DNA of 64,000 nucleotides from an uncultured Clostridia bacterium. GTDB lineage: Bacteria > Bacillota > Clostridia > Christensenellales > UBA1242. The notes below the pieces were generated by a model. That model was not told where the DNA came from. It made no database searches and saw only the letters and a program-made list of their open reading frames with translations. The first letter of the stretch is position 1. Each line of letters opens with the position of its first letter. Below, in pieces: positions 8,987 to 19,052 of this stretch. The stretch is from the NCBI GenBank assembly GCA_944372585.1, contig CALVZQ010000003.1, positions 93,467 through 157,466 on the forward strand. Direction: 5' to 3'. Made by a program: the position numbers and the translations under genes.

Positions 8987-10003
8987 TTAGAAAAAGATTG
9001 TCAAAAACATTCCAGAAATGACACCTATTGCATACTGCATGGCAAGGATACCAAAATTTTCAAGCATATGTTTTTTGTTTCTCGTGAACAAAATGATAAG
9101 CCCGACCCCTGCTCCTGCAGTAAGCCCTGCGACCAATGCCGGAAATGAGAGCGTTCCATAAATGAACAACTCAACAAGCAAAACAGAAGATGCACAATTT
9201 GGAATCAATCCAATCAAACTTGCAATCAGAACTTGAAGATACATATTTGTTGTGAGCAAGTTTTCAAGTGTTTCAGTTCCACAATAACCTATAATCAAGT
9301 TGATGATGAATGTTGCAACAAAAATATAGATTGTAATGCTGAAAGTGTGCATAAAGGCATCAAGAAAAATGTTGTTTGCACAGCAACCATGTTCATGTCC
9401 ACAATCTGACGCACATCTGTCCGTGTGAATATGTCCACATTCATGAATATGTTCATGAGAATGTTCGTGCTCGTGATGTTCTTCATGTGAGTGCTCATGA
9501 TCTGCATCAGCGTCTATTGCAATTTCATGAGTCCCCGTCTCAGCAACTGGAACACTGACTACATTTGGAACACTTTTTTTCTTCTTAGAGGTTTTGATCG
9601 CTCCAATCGTCAAGTCAATCAAATATCCCCAAAATATTGCAAGTGCGATTTTGACACCAATGAGAAGCAACATCCAAAGAATTTGGTCTGTATTTGAAAT
9701 CATGATTGGAATTGCCTCATCGGAAGTTGCCACAAAAACCGCCGCAAGAGTCCCCAAAGAAACCGTCCTTCCAGAATATAAATCCGCAATGACTGATGAG
9801 AAACCACATTGAGGAACACAACCTAAAAATGCAGCATAAAGAACACTTGTTTTTTTGTTTTTTGAAAGAAATCTGCTGAACTTGTGGCTGTGATCGTGTG
9901 ATAGATAAGAAACAAGAAGATAAGCGAGAAAAAGGACTGGAACAACCTTAAGGCAGTCCAGCACAGCATCATATAAGCTTTCAACAAAGATTTCCACAGT
10001 CAC
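8987..10003 (-). CDS. Putative metal (Mn-type) permease with His/Cys-rich loop
   Basis: LGCVPQCGFS, FVATSDEAIP, GLIPNCASSV; central HEHSHEEHHEHEHSHEH tract. Confidence 0.8.
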   Translation of the reverse strand: MTVEIFVESLYDAVLDCLKVVPVLFLAYLLVSYLSHDHSHKFSRFLSKNKKTSVLYAAFLGCVPQCGFSSVIADLYSGRTVSLGTLAAVFVATSDEAIPIMISNTDQILWMLLLIGVKIALAIFWGYLIDLTIGAIKTSKKKKSVPNVVSVPVAETGTHEIAIDADADHEHSHEEHHEHEHSHEHIHECGHIHTDRCASDCGHEHGCCANNIFLDAFMHTFSITIYIFVATFIINLIIGYCGTETLENLLTTNMYLQVLIASLIGLIPNCASSVLLVELFIYGTLSFPALVAGLTAGAGVGLIILFTRNKKHMLENFGILAMQYAIGVISGMFLTIFF

Positions 10004-10191
10004 TTATCTCCCAAAACTTTTGTTATTATAGCACAAAATCAAATAAATTACAAAATAAATTATTATTTTTATTGTTTGATTATTTGCTTCTAATATGGTA
10101 TTATAAATACGAAACTTTCTATTCAACAATTTTAGATAAAAAGAATAAAGATTATATCAAAAAGCAACTTTAATCTAGTTAAGGAGCAAAA

Positions 10192-12297
10192 ATGGATAAA
10201 GAATTGAAACTTATCAATGTCAACAAAAAATACAAAATGTCAAATAAAGAAACCTTCCAAGCTCTTTATGATATCAATGTCGAATTTGACAAAGGAGAGC
10301 TTGTTTCTATTGTCGGCGAGAGCGGAAGTGGGAAATCCACCCTTATGAATCTTATTGGTGGGCTTGATTCAGACTATACTGGGTCAATCATCGCCGGTGG
10401 AGAAAACTTGAGCAAATTGTCCGAAAAAGAACTTGATAAATATCGCAAAAATAAAGTTGGATTTGTTTTCCAATCTTTCAACTTGATTTCACACTTGTCA
10501 ATCTTGGATAATGTCACACTTGCCTTAACCCTTTCAAATGTTGGAGAAAAAGAAAAAATTGAAAGAGCAACAGATATTTTGAAAAGAGTGGGTCTTGAAA
10601 ATCAACTCAAAAAGAAACCTACACAACTTTCTGGTGGACAAAAACAAAGAGTGGCAATTGCAAGGGCTTTAATCAATGACCCTGAAATCATAATTGCAGA
10701 TGAGCCAACTGGTGCTTTGGACAGCGGAACTTCAATGCAAATTTTGGAAATCTTGAAAGAAATTGCAGACAGTGGAAAATTGGTTATCATGGTGACTCAC
10801 TCCGAGAAAGTCGCCTCAATTTCTTCTCGTGTTGTTGAGATTTCCGATGGTAGAATTGTTGATGACAAAATTAACAAAAATTACAAGAGAAACAAAAACG
10901 CAGAATTCAAATTGCAAGAAGAAATTCCTGAGACAACGACAGAAAGTGTATCAAAGAAAAACAAAAAATCAAAAAATTCAAAAGACAAGCAAAACCTTTC
11001 TATGTGGTCCGCAATAAGACTTTCTTTTCACAATATGTGGGCAAGTCGTGTGAAGAATTTTTTGATGGCATTTGGAGTTGCAATTGGAATTGGAAGTTTG
11101 ATTTTGATGATGAGTTTCAGTTCTGGGATCACGGACTATATCAACAACACCATGAAATCATATTCCAACCCAACAATTGTGACAATTTCAAAAAAAGGTA
11201 GCGGTGACATTTCAAGCATGATGATGCCAAATTTCTTTAATGATGGAGAAAAAGAAACCTTAATTGAAAACATCAATGCATATTTGTCAGAAAACAATTG
11301 TGACTTTCAAGTCACTGAAGATAATGTGACTGAAGGTTTCAGCATGATGACCGTTGCGACAGGTGCAAAAGTTTATTACAGCCCAAGCGGAGATTATTTT
11401 CAAAGCAAAGATGACCCTGAAGCAGACTATGTCTCACTTTCAATCATATATCTCTACTCCACACCACCATATTACAGTGACAGCAATGTAATTGAAGGCG
11501 AAATGGGAACATCAACCGGTGGATTTATGTTTTCAAAGGGCATCAGCAGTTTGTTTGAAGACGGCTCTGCAGTTGGAAAGGAAGTTGAAATATCTTTCAC
11601 CTTCAAAACGTCTCAATCAGATCCTGGCACAGTGATAGAAAAACAAGATACAATTTGTGGAATTATGGACACATCAGTAATGTCAAATTTCCTTGTTATG
11701 TATGTTGACTACGATTACATTCAATCCATTTTTGAAGAAAAAGGAGTTGGCGACCATTTTGCCCCAACCTCCCTCTACATTCAAACTCCTTCTGAAACTG
11801 TGACAAACGCAATCAATGACTATCTCGCAACAACAGAAGGATACACTGGTTCCATCGAAGACCAGCTTGCTGGAATGTTCAACAGTATGTCAAGCATAAT
11901 TGGGACTTCACTTGTCGTGATCTCCTGCATTTCACTCTTTGTTTCTGCAATGATGATTTTGGTTGTTCTCTACATGAGCGTAACAGAAAGAACAAAAGAA
12001 ATCGGAGTTCTCAAGTCAATCGGTGCAAGAAGAAAGGATATCAAAAGAATTTTTACCTCAGAAAGTTTCTTGGTCGGTGTGCTAAGCGGAATTTTTGGAA
12101 TCATCTTCAACTTGATATTAACTTTGACCGTTTGGTTGGTTCTTACCTACACAATAGGACTTGCCCCAATAAGTTACCGCTGGTGGTATTTTGCCATCGC
12201 ACTCGGAGTTTCAATTGTAATCAGCATGTTGGCAGGACTTTATCCAGCAAGCAAAGCAGCAAAACTCGACCCTGTTGAAAGTTTGCGAAGAGAATAA
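10192..12297 (+). CDS. MacB-type fused ABC transporter (ATPase + FtsX permease)
   Basis: GESGSGKST, LSGGQKQR, ADEPTG; SVTERTKEIGVLKSIGA; LDPVESLR. Confidence 0.95.
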   Translation: MDKELKLINVNKKYKMSNKETFQALYDINVEFDKGELVSIVGESGSGKSTLMNLIGGLDSDYTGSIIAGGENLSKLSEKELDKYRKNKVGFVFQSFNLISHLSILDNVTLALTLSNVGEKEKIERATDILKRVGLENQLKKKPTQLSGGQKQRVAIARALINDPEIIIADEPTGALDSGTSMQILEILKEIADSGKLVIMVTHSEKVASISSRVVEISDGRIVDDKINKNYKRNKNAEFKLQEEIPETTTESVSKKNKKSKNSKDKQNLSMWSAIRLSFHNMWASRVKNFLMAFGVAIGIGSLILMMSFSSGITDYINNTMKSYSNPTIVTISKKGSGDISSMMMPNFFNDGEKETLIENINAYLSENNCDFQVTEDNVTEGFSMMTVATGAKVYYSPSGDYFQSKDDPEADYVSLSIIYLYSTPPYYSDSNVIEGEMGTSTGGFMFSKGISSLFEDGSAVGKEVEISFTFKTSQSDPGTVIEKQDTICGIMDTSVMSNFLVMYVDYDYIQSIFEEKGVGDHFAPTSLYIQTPSETVTNAINDYLATTEGYTGSIEDQLAGMFNSMSSIIGTSLVVISCISLFVSAMMILVVLYMSVTERTKEIGVLKSIGARRKDIKRIFTSESFLVGVLSGIFGIIFNLILTLTVWLVLTYTIGLAPISYRWWYFAIALGVSIVISMLAGLYPASKAAKLDPVESLRRE

Positions 12298-12327
12298 TAA
12301 AATTCCAAAACTTATAAAGGTATTTCT

Positions 12328-12981
12328 ATGATAAACGTAAAAAAATTTTTAAAAGATAATTCAGATTTGCGTTATGCAGAATTCAATAAAAAATTCATAA
12401 ATACACGCTATCCAATCATCGGAGTTCGACTTCCAACACTGCAAAAGTTTGCAAAGGAAATTGAGCCTGAATATATTGAATTTGATGAAAACCTATCTCA
12501 TGAAGAAATTATGTTGTACATCTATTGTGCTGGATGCTTCAAGACAGAAGACGAACAACTTGAATACCTTGAAAACATTTTGCCTTACATCGACAATTGG
12601 GCCACCTGTGATTGCACTGGAGCATTGAAGAAATTGAAAGGTGGAAAATCTTTTCGATTTTTTTCCAATCTCCTGAAGAGCAAAAAAGAGTTTGAAATTA
12701 GAGTTGGAATAATTGGTTTCATAAAGAACTTTCTTAAAACAGAAAAATTAATCGAAATCTTGGCACAAATTAGAGAAGTAAAGTCAGATGCATATTATGT
12801 TAAAATGGGAATCTCCTGGTTTTATGCAGAATTGTGCGCCTTTAACAGCGAACTGGCCGTCGGAGAAATCAAAAACACGAAAGATAAATTCATTAGGAAT
12901 AAATCAATTTCAAAAGCAAAAGAAAGTTACAGAGTTTCAGCCACAATCAAGGAAGAATTGGAAAAACTTAGAATGAAATAA
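12328..12981 (+). CDS. DNA alkylation repair protein (AlkD-like)
   Basis: IGVRLPTL, IDNWATCD, YYVKMGISW. Confidence 0.85.
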   Translation: MINVKKFLKDNSDLRYAEFNKKFINTRYPIIGVRLPTLQKFAKEIEPEYIEFDENLSHEEIMLYIYCAGCFKTEDEQLEYLENILPYIDNWATCDCTGALKKLKGGKSFRFFSNLLKSKKEFEIRVGIIGFIKNFLKTEKLIEILAQIREVKSDAYYVKMGISWFYAELCAFNSELAVGEIKNTKDKFIRNKSISKAKESYRVSATIKEELEKLRMK

Positions 12982-12997
12982 CAAAAACAAATAAAAG

Positions 12998-13026
12998 AAA
13001 AGCCCATAAAATCCATGGACTTTTTT
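12998..13026. terminator. Probable terminator between convergent genes
   Basis: Imperfect hairpin aaagcccat...atggacttt flanked by A and T tracts. Confidence 0.5.
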
Positions 13027-13035
13027 AATGTAAAT

Positions 13036-13554
13036 CTAAATGTTAAAAACCCCTCTATGCTTTTTCATTTCGAAAAGAGCTGTTATGAATGACGGATAAT
13101 AATTGATAAACATTCCTTTCTTTATCAATTGAAGTATTTCATCTAAACCAGCCCATCTGACAGCTTGAACCTCATTATCAAAAAACTTGATTGTTTTGAT
13201 ATCAATATCTTCTTTCAGAATATAATAGTCATCAAAACCATTATCAAAATTAACTGTCAAATAAGGTCTGTCACCGCCAAAATCATGTTTTATAAACAAT
13301 TCTTCGTTAAGTTCTCTTTCGGCAGCCTGTTGTGAAGTTTCTCCAGCCTGAACATTTCCCCCAAGTGTTATATCCCAAACATTTGGAAAGTTTTTCTTGC
13401 TGGCACTTCTTTGTTGGATTAATAATTCACCTTTTGAATTGAAAATACAAATATGAACAGTAAGGCGAAACATATCTTTCGTAAACTCCGTGTCTCTTTC
13501 CACTTTCAAATTTGTTTTTTGTCTGTTTCCATCATAAATATCCCACATTTCCAT
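13036..13554 (-). CDS. NUDIX hydrolase (Idi-like subfamily)
   Basis: LLIQQRS..K..FPNVWD, GNVQAGETSQQAAERELNEEL. Confidence 0.9.
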   Translation of the reverse strand: MEMWDIYDGNRQKTNLKVERDTEFTKDMFRLTVHICIFNSKGELLIQQRSASKKNFPNVWDITLGGNVQAGETSQQAAERELNEELFIKHDFGGDRPYLTVNFDNGFDDYYILKEDIDIKTIKFFDNEVQAVRWAGLDEILQLIKKGMFINYYPSFITALFEMKKHRGVFNI

Positions 13555-13573
13555 AAAATCCCTTCCTTAAACC

Positions 13574-13599
13574 AAAAAAGAGAGAAACACCTCTCTCTT
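13574..13599 (-). terminator. rplS terminator
   Basis: aagagag/ctctctt stem with U-tract on - strand just after the rplS stop. Confidence 0.6.
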
Positions 13600-13606
13600 A
13601 ATTGAA

Positions 13607-13957
13607 TTATTTGTTATCTGCTGATTTAACTTTTGCTGCTTTACCAGTGAGTTCTCTAACATAATAGAGTTTTGCTCTTCTTGGTTTACCTTTTCTTACC
13701 ACTTCAATAGTAGCAATTTTTGGTGAATGAACTGGGAATGTTTTTTCAACGCCAACACCATAAGAAATTTTTCTTACAGTGAAAGTTTCTCTGATTCCAC
13801 CGTTCTTTCTGGCAATAACAACACCTTCGAAAGCCTGCAATCTTTCCTTGTCGCCTTCTTTGATTTTGACAGTAACCTTAACAGTGTCACCGATGGCGAA
13901 TTCAGGGATAGAATCTTTCATGCTTTCTCTTTCCAATTGGTCAATAATATTAGCCAT
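13607..13957 (-). CDS. rplS: 50S ribosomal protein L19
   Basis: [33 protein letters not shown]. Confidence 0.99.
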   Translation of the reverse strand: MANIIDQLERESMKDSIPEFAIGDTVKVTVKIKEGDKERLQAFEGVVIARKNGGIRETFTVRKISYGVGVEKTFPVHSPKIATIEVVRKGKPRRAKLYYVRELTGKAAKVKSADNK

Positions 13958-13984
13958 GACTTATCTCCTTTTTTCAGATTTTCG

Positions 13985-14025
13985 ACATGATGCTCATAAA
14001 GTAAAAACCCAGCGGAACACCCGAA
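13985..14025 (-). ncRNA. L19 leader (cis-regulatory RNA)
   Basis: - strand GGTGTTCCGCTG...ATGAGCATC upstream of rplS matches the Firmicutes L19 leader core as recalled. Confidence 0.7.
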
Positions 14026-14137
14026 GTCTATTTGATTATAGCACAACCTAACACACAAAAACAAGTGTTTTTACAAAGTTTTTTGTTAATTTGTCAAACA
14101 TTTTTCAGTAAATTAGGATTTTAGGTTACCAAAATTT

Positions 14138-14725
14138 TTAAAAACCATACAAAGTTGCCATAAAGTATAATTTACCTTCATTGTCAATCATAACAATATT
14201 GCAAGCAAATGCTTTATTTTGAGTGATAAGTTGAATGCTGGTTTCTCCGTAGGAAAGAACATTTGTAAATTGCAAAATGTCCTCATACAAATTTTTTACT
14301 TCTGGAGAAAATGCTTGAATTTCTGATTCAGAAAGAGTTGAAACATCAACATCATTCAACATAATCTTATATGATGTAAATGAATATGCTGGGTAAACAT
14401 CTGCTCCTGTATATACATCAAAAACATAGGAAACTACAAAACCTGTGTTTTGACTGTCATCAAAAATCAAAGTTGAACTTTTTCTTCCAACTTCCACTTT
14501 GCTCTGAGAAATTCTCATGCCACCGGTAAAACTATCTGAAAACTCTCCATCATCAAAATGCGAATAGCTCCCATCATTTGGTGTTTCGTCTTTGATAACT
14601 TGCATATTTACAAGTTGATAAGTTTTTTCTTCAATAAATTGTTCTCCACACCCTGCAAGACTGAAACCACCAAGAATTACTAAGCAAAAACAAGCAAGAA
14701 TAGATAAAACTTTTTTCTTTGTCAT
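14138..14725 (-). CDS. Hypothetical lipoprotein
   Basis: MTKKKVLSIL...FSLAGC lipobox; GGAGG RBS before ATG 14725. Confidence 0.75.
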   Translation of the reverse strand: MTKKKVLSILACFCLVILGGFSLAGCGEQFIEEKTYQLVNMQVIKDETPNDGSYSHFDDGEFSDSFTGGMRISQSKVEVGRKSSTLIFDDSQNTGFVVSYVFDVYTGADVYPAYSFTSYKIMLNDVDVSTLSESEIQAFSPEVKNLYEDILQFTNVLSYGETSIQLITQNKAFACNIVMIDNEGKLYFMATLYGF

Positions 14726-14799
14726 AAATCCTCCCCTTTTCATGTAATATACAATACCCCAAAAAAACAAAAATGTCAATACCGTTTGCAAAACATTAA

Positions 14800-15171
14800 T
14801 TATTGAAAAGCATTTTTCACATGATTAATAAAATCATCACAGACTTCAATAACATCAAATCTGACATCATGATCATACATATTTTTCATCATCAAATAAA
14901 TTTCTGCAACCCTTTTGATTTGATTTTGTTTGTGTAATGTGACAGCTTCAATAGGTCTTCCAAAAGCAAACGTTGAACGATTTTTAACTTCAACAAAGAC
15001 AATGACATTGTCCTTTTCTGCAATGATGTCAATTTCACCAATCCTGTTTTTGTAATTAGTTTCAATGATTTTATATTTCTCTTTCTTTAAAAATTGAACA
15101 GCCCTTATTTCGCCTTTGTTTCCTTCAATTTTGTTCTTCACCTTTGAAATATCTTTGTTTTCTTCTTTCAT
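14800..15171 (-). CDS. YraN family (UPF0102) nuclease-like protein
   Basis: GNKGE, NYKNRIGEIDIIA, VFVEVKNR, RFDVIEV; start moved to ATG after AGGTGG. Confidence 0.93.
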   Translation of the reverse strand: MKEENKDISKVKNKIEGNKGEIRAVQFLKKEKYKIIETNYKNRIGEIDIIAEKDNVIVFVEVKNRSTFAFGRPIEAVTLHKQNQIKRVAEIYLMMKNMYDHDVRFDVIEVCDDFINHVKNAFQ

Positions 15172-15227
15172 AATCCACCTAAATAAATAAAAATGGTTAT
15201 CTTTATATAACCACCAATCATTTAAAT

Positions 15228-16040
15228 TCAATCTATTGTCATTTTCCCCAAACGACCTTTTCGGAAGTCATCAACAACACTTTTGGCAGTTCTTTCCATG
15301 TCAACTTCTCCACCATTTTTGACATATTTTCTTACTTTCGCAACACCTTCAAGTGTTGTTTCTCCATTATATCTGTTTTTAATATTTTCTGGATAAAGAT
15401 TTGTCAAAAGAGAAAGAAGCTGTTCTGCAAGTTCAACAAAATCCAATATTTCATCTCTAACACTGCCTACATAAGCCAATTTTTTTGCAACTTCTTGATC
15501 TGCAATGTTTGGATATAATGTACCTGGGGTGTCATAAACTTCAATGCAATCTCCAATTGGAAGCCAAAGTCCATGCTTTGTCACCCCCGCCTTGTCACCT
15601 GTTATTGCCTTTGCCTTTTTACATAAATTGTTGACAAGTGTGCTTTTTCCACAATTAGGAATTCCAACAACCATTGTTCTGATACTCGGTTTGATTCCCT
15701 TGCTTTTATATTTTTCAATTTTGTTTTTCGCAAGTCCTTTGATTTTGTTGATAATCAAATCAGATTTACCAGACGCTGTACTGTTGAACAAAATATAATC
15801 ACTTGTCTGGGTTTTAAATTGTGGCAAGAAAGATTTAATTTTATTTTCGTCTGCCGTATCAATCTTGTTAAAAACATACAAGACTGGTTTGTTTTGTGTG
15901 AGTTGATTTAAAGATGGATTTAATGAAGATAATGGAATGCGTGCATCAAGAATATAAGTCACAACATCAACTTTTTTAAGTTGCTCACTTATATCTTTAA
16001 GTGCCTTATTCATATGACCAGGAAACCAATTAATCTTCAT
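15228..16040 (-). CDS. rbgA: Ribosome biogenesis GTPase RbgA/YlqF
   Basis: INWFPGHM, DARIPLSS.NP, GIPNCGKST, DTPG. Confidence 0.96.
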   Translation of the reverse strand: MKINWFPGHMNKALKDISEQLKKVDVVTYILDARIPLSSLNPSLNQLTQNKPVLYVFNKIDTADENKIKSFLPQFKTQTSDYILFNSTASGKSDLIINKIKGLAKNKIEKYKSKGIKPSIRTMVVGIPNCGKSTLVNNLCKKAKAITGDKAGVTKHGLWLPIGDCIEVYDTPGTLYPNIADQEVAKKLAYVGSVRDEILDFVELAEQLLSLLTNLYPENIKNRYNGETTLEGVAKVRKYVKNGGEVDMERTAKSVVDDFRKGRLGKMTID

Positions 16041-16092
16041 AATTCTCCTATATCTTGTGTATTATGCATTGCATACCACAATGCATATGGTA

Positions 16093-16764
16093 TTATTCAA
16101 CATTATCAAGCAAATCATTTCTCAACTGTTTGGTTCTCTTTACACTTTGCTCTTTTCGCCATTTTTCCACTTCTTGATGATTTCCAGAAACCAGCACATC
16201 TGGAACCTTTAACCCCATAAATTCTTGAGGTCTTGTGTATTGAGGATACTCCAACAACCCATTTGAAAAACTTTCACTCTCCAAACTTTCCTTTGAAATG
16301 ACCCCATCAACAAATCTTGCTAAACTGTCAATAATCACCATTGCAGGAAGTTCTCCGCCGGTCAGAATGTAATCCCCCACTGAAATCTGTTCTATGTCAA
16401 ACAATTGAAAAATTCTTTCATCAACACCCTCATAGTGTCCACAAACAAAAATCAAATGCTGAAATGTTGACAACTCTTTTGCTTTGTTTGTGTTGAAGGT
16501 CTTTCCAATTGGTGAAGGGAAGATTATCTTTGCATCTTCTGTTATAACAGAATTTATTGCATCAAACAAAGGCTGGACAGACATCAACATTCCTGCCCCG
16601 CCACCAAAAGGATAGTCATCACATTTTTTGTGTTTATCCTTGGAAAAATCTCTGATATTGACAATGTTTATTTCCAAAATTCCGCTTTCAGTCGCCCTTG
16701 CCAGAATGCTGGTTTTGAGTGGAGAAAATGCTTCTGGAAACAATGTTAGAATATCAATTCTCAT
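16093..16764 (-). CDS. trmD: tRNA (guanine-N1)-methyltransferase
   Basis: DDYPFGGGAGM, CGHYEGVDER, GDYILTGGE, YPQYTRP. Confidence 0.98.
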   Translation of the reverse strand: MRIDILTLFPEAFSPLKTSILARATESGILEINIVNIRDFSKDKHKKCDDYPFGGGAGMLMSVQPLFDAINSVITEDAKIIFPSPIGKTFNTNKAKELSTFQHLIFVCGHYEGVDERIFQLFDIEQISVGDYILTGGELPAMVIIDSLARFVDGVISKESLESESFSNGLLEYPQYTRPQEFMGLKVPDVLVSGNHQEVEKWRKEQSVKRTKQLRNDLLDNVE

Positions 16765-17258
16765 TCTTGGCTTACCTTTGCTCCGTTATATTCACTTCTT
16801 ATAGCGTAGATTCTCTTTCCATCTTTTTTGAATATTGCCTTCTTGAAAGGAACTTCATACATATGGTCATTTTCTTTGATTATCAAAATGTCATCAAAGC
16901 CATAGTCGGTCACATCCATGATTTGACCAATAAGTTCATTATTTTCGTCAAAAATCAATGTTCCGACCAAGTCTTCAATCAAGAAATCGTCGACAGATAT
17001 TTTGTCAAATTCTTCTCTTGTGATGTAAACTTTTTTATTGCGATATTTTTCTGCTGTGTTTCTGTCTGGTATTTCTTCAAACAAAACATAAGCATATCCA
17101 AGTCTGTATGTTGCAGTCTTGAACGGCGTCTTTTGCTTTTCAATGTAAAGCGCATGTTTACCATTAAAAATCGCAGGAATATCAATCAAAGGAAGTATTT
17201 TAACTTCCCCCTTGATACCCTGCGGTTTAATGATTTTCCCAACAAAAACAAATTGCAT
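16761..17258 (-). CDS. rimM: Ribosome maturation factor RimM
   Basis: VGKIIKPQGIKGEVKI, DRNTAE; syntenic between khpA and trmD. Confidence 0.93.
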   Translation of the reverse strand: MQFVFVGKIIKPQGIKGEVKILPLIDIPAIFNGKHALYIEKQKTPFKTATYRLGYAYVLFEEIPDRNTAEKYRNKKVYITREEFDKISVDDFLIEDLVGTLIFDENNELIGQIMDVTDYGFDDILIIKENDHMYEVPFKKAIFKKDGKRIYAIRSEYNGAKVSQE

Positions 17259-17259
17259 A

Positions 17260-17490
17260 TCAGTCCTCAAACTTCACAAAAACTTTCTTGTGGGTTTTTG
17301 ATGCAACAGACCTCATGATTGTTCTTATGCTTGTGGCAGTTTTTCCATTCTTACCTATAATTTTTCCAAGGTCAGAACTTGCAACTTTAACACGATATGT
17401 TATTGTCTTTTCGTCTTCCTCTTTTTCAACAGAAACACTGTTTTCATCTTCAACTAATGTTTTAACGAGGAATATCAATAATTCGTCCAT
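17260..17490 (-). CDS. khpA: KH-domain RNA-binding protein KhpA
   Basis: DLGKIIGKNGKTA; position after rpsP. Confidence 0.92.
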   Translation of the reverse strand: MDELLIFLVKTLVEDENSVSVEKEEDEKTITYRVKVASSDLGKIIGKNGKTATSIRTIMRSVASKTHKKVFVKFED

Positions 17491-17572
17491 AAAGTTCTCC
17501 TTAAATTACTGAATTTTCATCTTGTCGATGAACTTTTCATTTAAAACAAAAATATTGTTTCTGTTTATTAAA

Positions 17573-17830
17573 TTATTTGTTTTCTTGTTGAATAGCACCA
17601 CTCTTAACCAAAATTGATTTAGCAGTTTCTGTTGGAAGAGCGCCATTTTTAAGCCATTTTTGAGCTTTTTCGTTGTCAATTTTGATTTCTGCTGGATTTG
17701 TCAATGGATTGTATGTTCCAAGCAAATCGATGTATTTTCCATCTCTTGGACTTTTGCTATCAGCAACAACAACACGATAGAAAGGTGCTTTCTTATCTCC
17801 CAATCTTGTCAATCTAATTTTAACAGCCAT
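17573..17830 (-). CDS. rpsP: 30S ribosomal protein S16
   Basis: [26 protein letters not shown]. Confidence 0.99.
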   Translation of the reverse strand: MAVKIRLTRLGDKKAPFYRVVVADSKSPRDGKYIDLLGTYNPLTNPAEIKIDNEKAQKWLKNGALPTETAKSILVKSGAIQQENK

Positions 17831-17953
17831 TTTTCTTCTCCTTATATTAAATTTGCTTCAACAATTTGTAAAGCATTTTCGCCTTACATTATATCATACA
17901 AAATCAAACTTGTAAAGTGTTTTATCACAAAAAATCAAAATTGTCTACAATTG

Positions 17954-18997
17954 TTAAAATTTTAAGTTTCCGTTATAAACATATATATAAGTTAATGGTT
18001 TGCAAATGTTTGAAATTGGACTGTTTACATTAACCTTTATAAGTTGATCTTTTATGCTCTCAAATTGGTTTCTGCTTAAAATTCTTTCTATAATTTGTCC
18101 ATTTTCTCTAATTTCCAGAATGCCAGTACCAGCCCAAAAATCAGTCATTGATGATTTGCTTGAACCTATATGCAGCCAAGATTCACCACCAGGTCCTAGA
18201 CCGAAAGAAAAAAGCAAAGGAATATTATTTTCTTTTTCAAAAAAGTCATTACCACGAACTTCATAATCAGCATCTAGAAATGCTTCATTGAATATTCGTG
18301 ACTTTTTATATAATTCATTTTTTTCGCTATCCGAAAGATCAGTATAATTGACTACACCATCAAGTCTAAAATTAGTTCTTGCTTTTTGTATCCTTCTCTC
18401 TTGATCTTCTGGAGTATAATTATTAAAACGTTCGGTATATTCAGGAATCATTTCCTCAATTCTTGCAAGCAACTTTTGTTTGTCAAAATTATAACTTTTA
18501 TACTGTTCTCTTGCTAAACTGAGCTTCATTTCAACAAAATTTTGTTTATTATTAAAATATTTTAGTGCTTGTCTGAATGTTTTTGTATATTCGTCCAGTC
18601 CGGATTGAGGAATATTGTTCAATTCACTTAAAATAATTTCCTCACTTTCGTACTCAATTGTCCCCCCCCCGCTATAATTAGCAAAAATAGGCACAAGATA
18701 TTCAAGCATGAATTTCATATTAAAAATTTCCGCCCAATCAATCGTAGGGTATGATGGTGTCCACCAATGTTTATAACCACCAAAAGATGGAACAAAATTT
18801 AATGGCAAATTTCTTTCAATAATATTATTTAACTTTGCTTCAACATCAATTCTCACTTGTGGATCAATAGAATACTTCCTAAATTTTTTGGCAAATAATC
18901 TATCTATCATTTTTGTTTCAAGCTTAGTACTAAGATTATTTAAATTTAGTAACTCATTATTTAAATAATCGTTAACAATTGTCATTAAGTCATCCAT
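17954..18997 (-). CDS. Hypothetical protein, distant PvcA/DIT1 (isocyanide synthase)-like fold
   Basis: Intact ORF of about 347 aa. PLNFVPSFGGYK...IDWAE...IFANYSGG.TI.YESE...NIP...EY parallels the PvcA N-terminal motif order. Visibly more AT-rich than neighbours. Confidence 0.5.
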   Translation of the reverse strand: MDDLMTIVNDYLNNELLNLNNLSTKLETKMIDRLFAKKFRKYSIDPQVRIDVEAKLNNIIERNLPLNFVPSFGGYKHWWTPSYPTIDWAEIFNMKFMLEYLVPIFANYSGGGTIEYESEEIILSELNNIPQSGLDEYTKTFRQALKYFNNKQNFVEMKLSLAREQYKSYNFDKQKLLARIEEMIPEYTERFNNYTPEDQERRIQKARTNFRLDGVVNYTDLSDSEKNELYKKSRIFNEAFLDADYEVRGNDFFEKENNIPLLFSFGLGPGGESWLHIGSSKSSMTDFWAGTGILEIRENGQIIERILSRNQFESIKDQLIKVNVNSPISNICKPLTYIYVYNGNLKF

Positions 18998-19052
18998 ACA
19001 ACACCTCATAAACACATTAATTTTTGGAAACTAAATTTAAAATTAATCACTT

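Noticed and set aside
16719-17318. 199-aa + strand ORF
   Set aside because: Antisense to rimM and khpA
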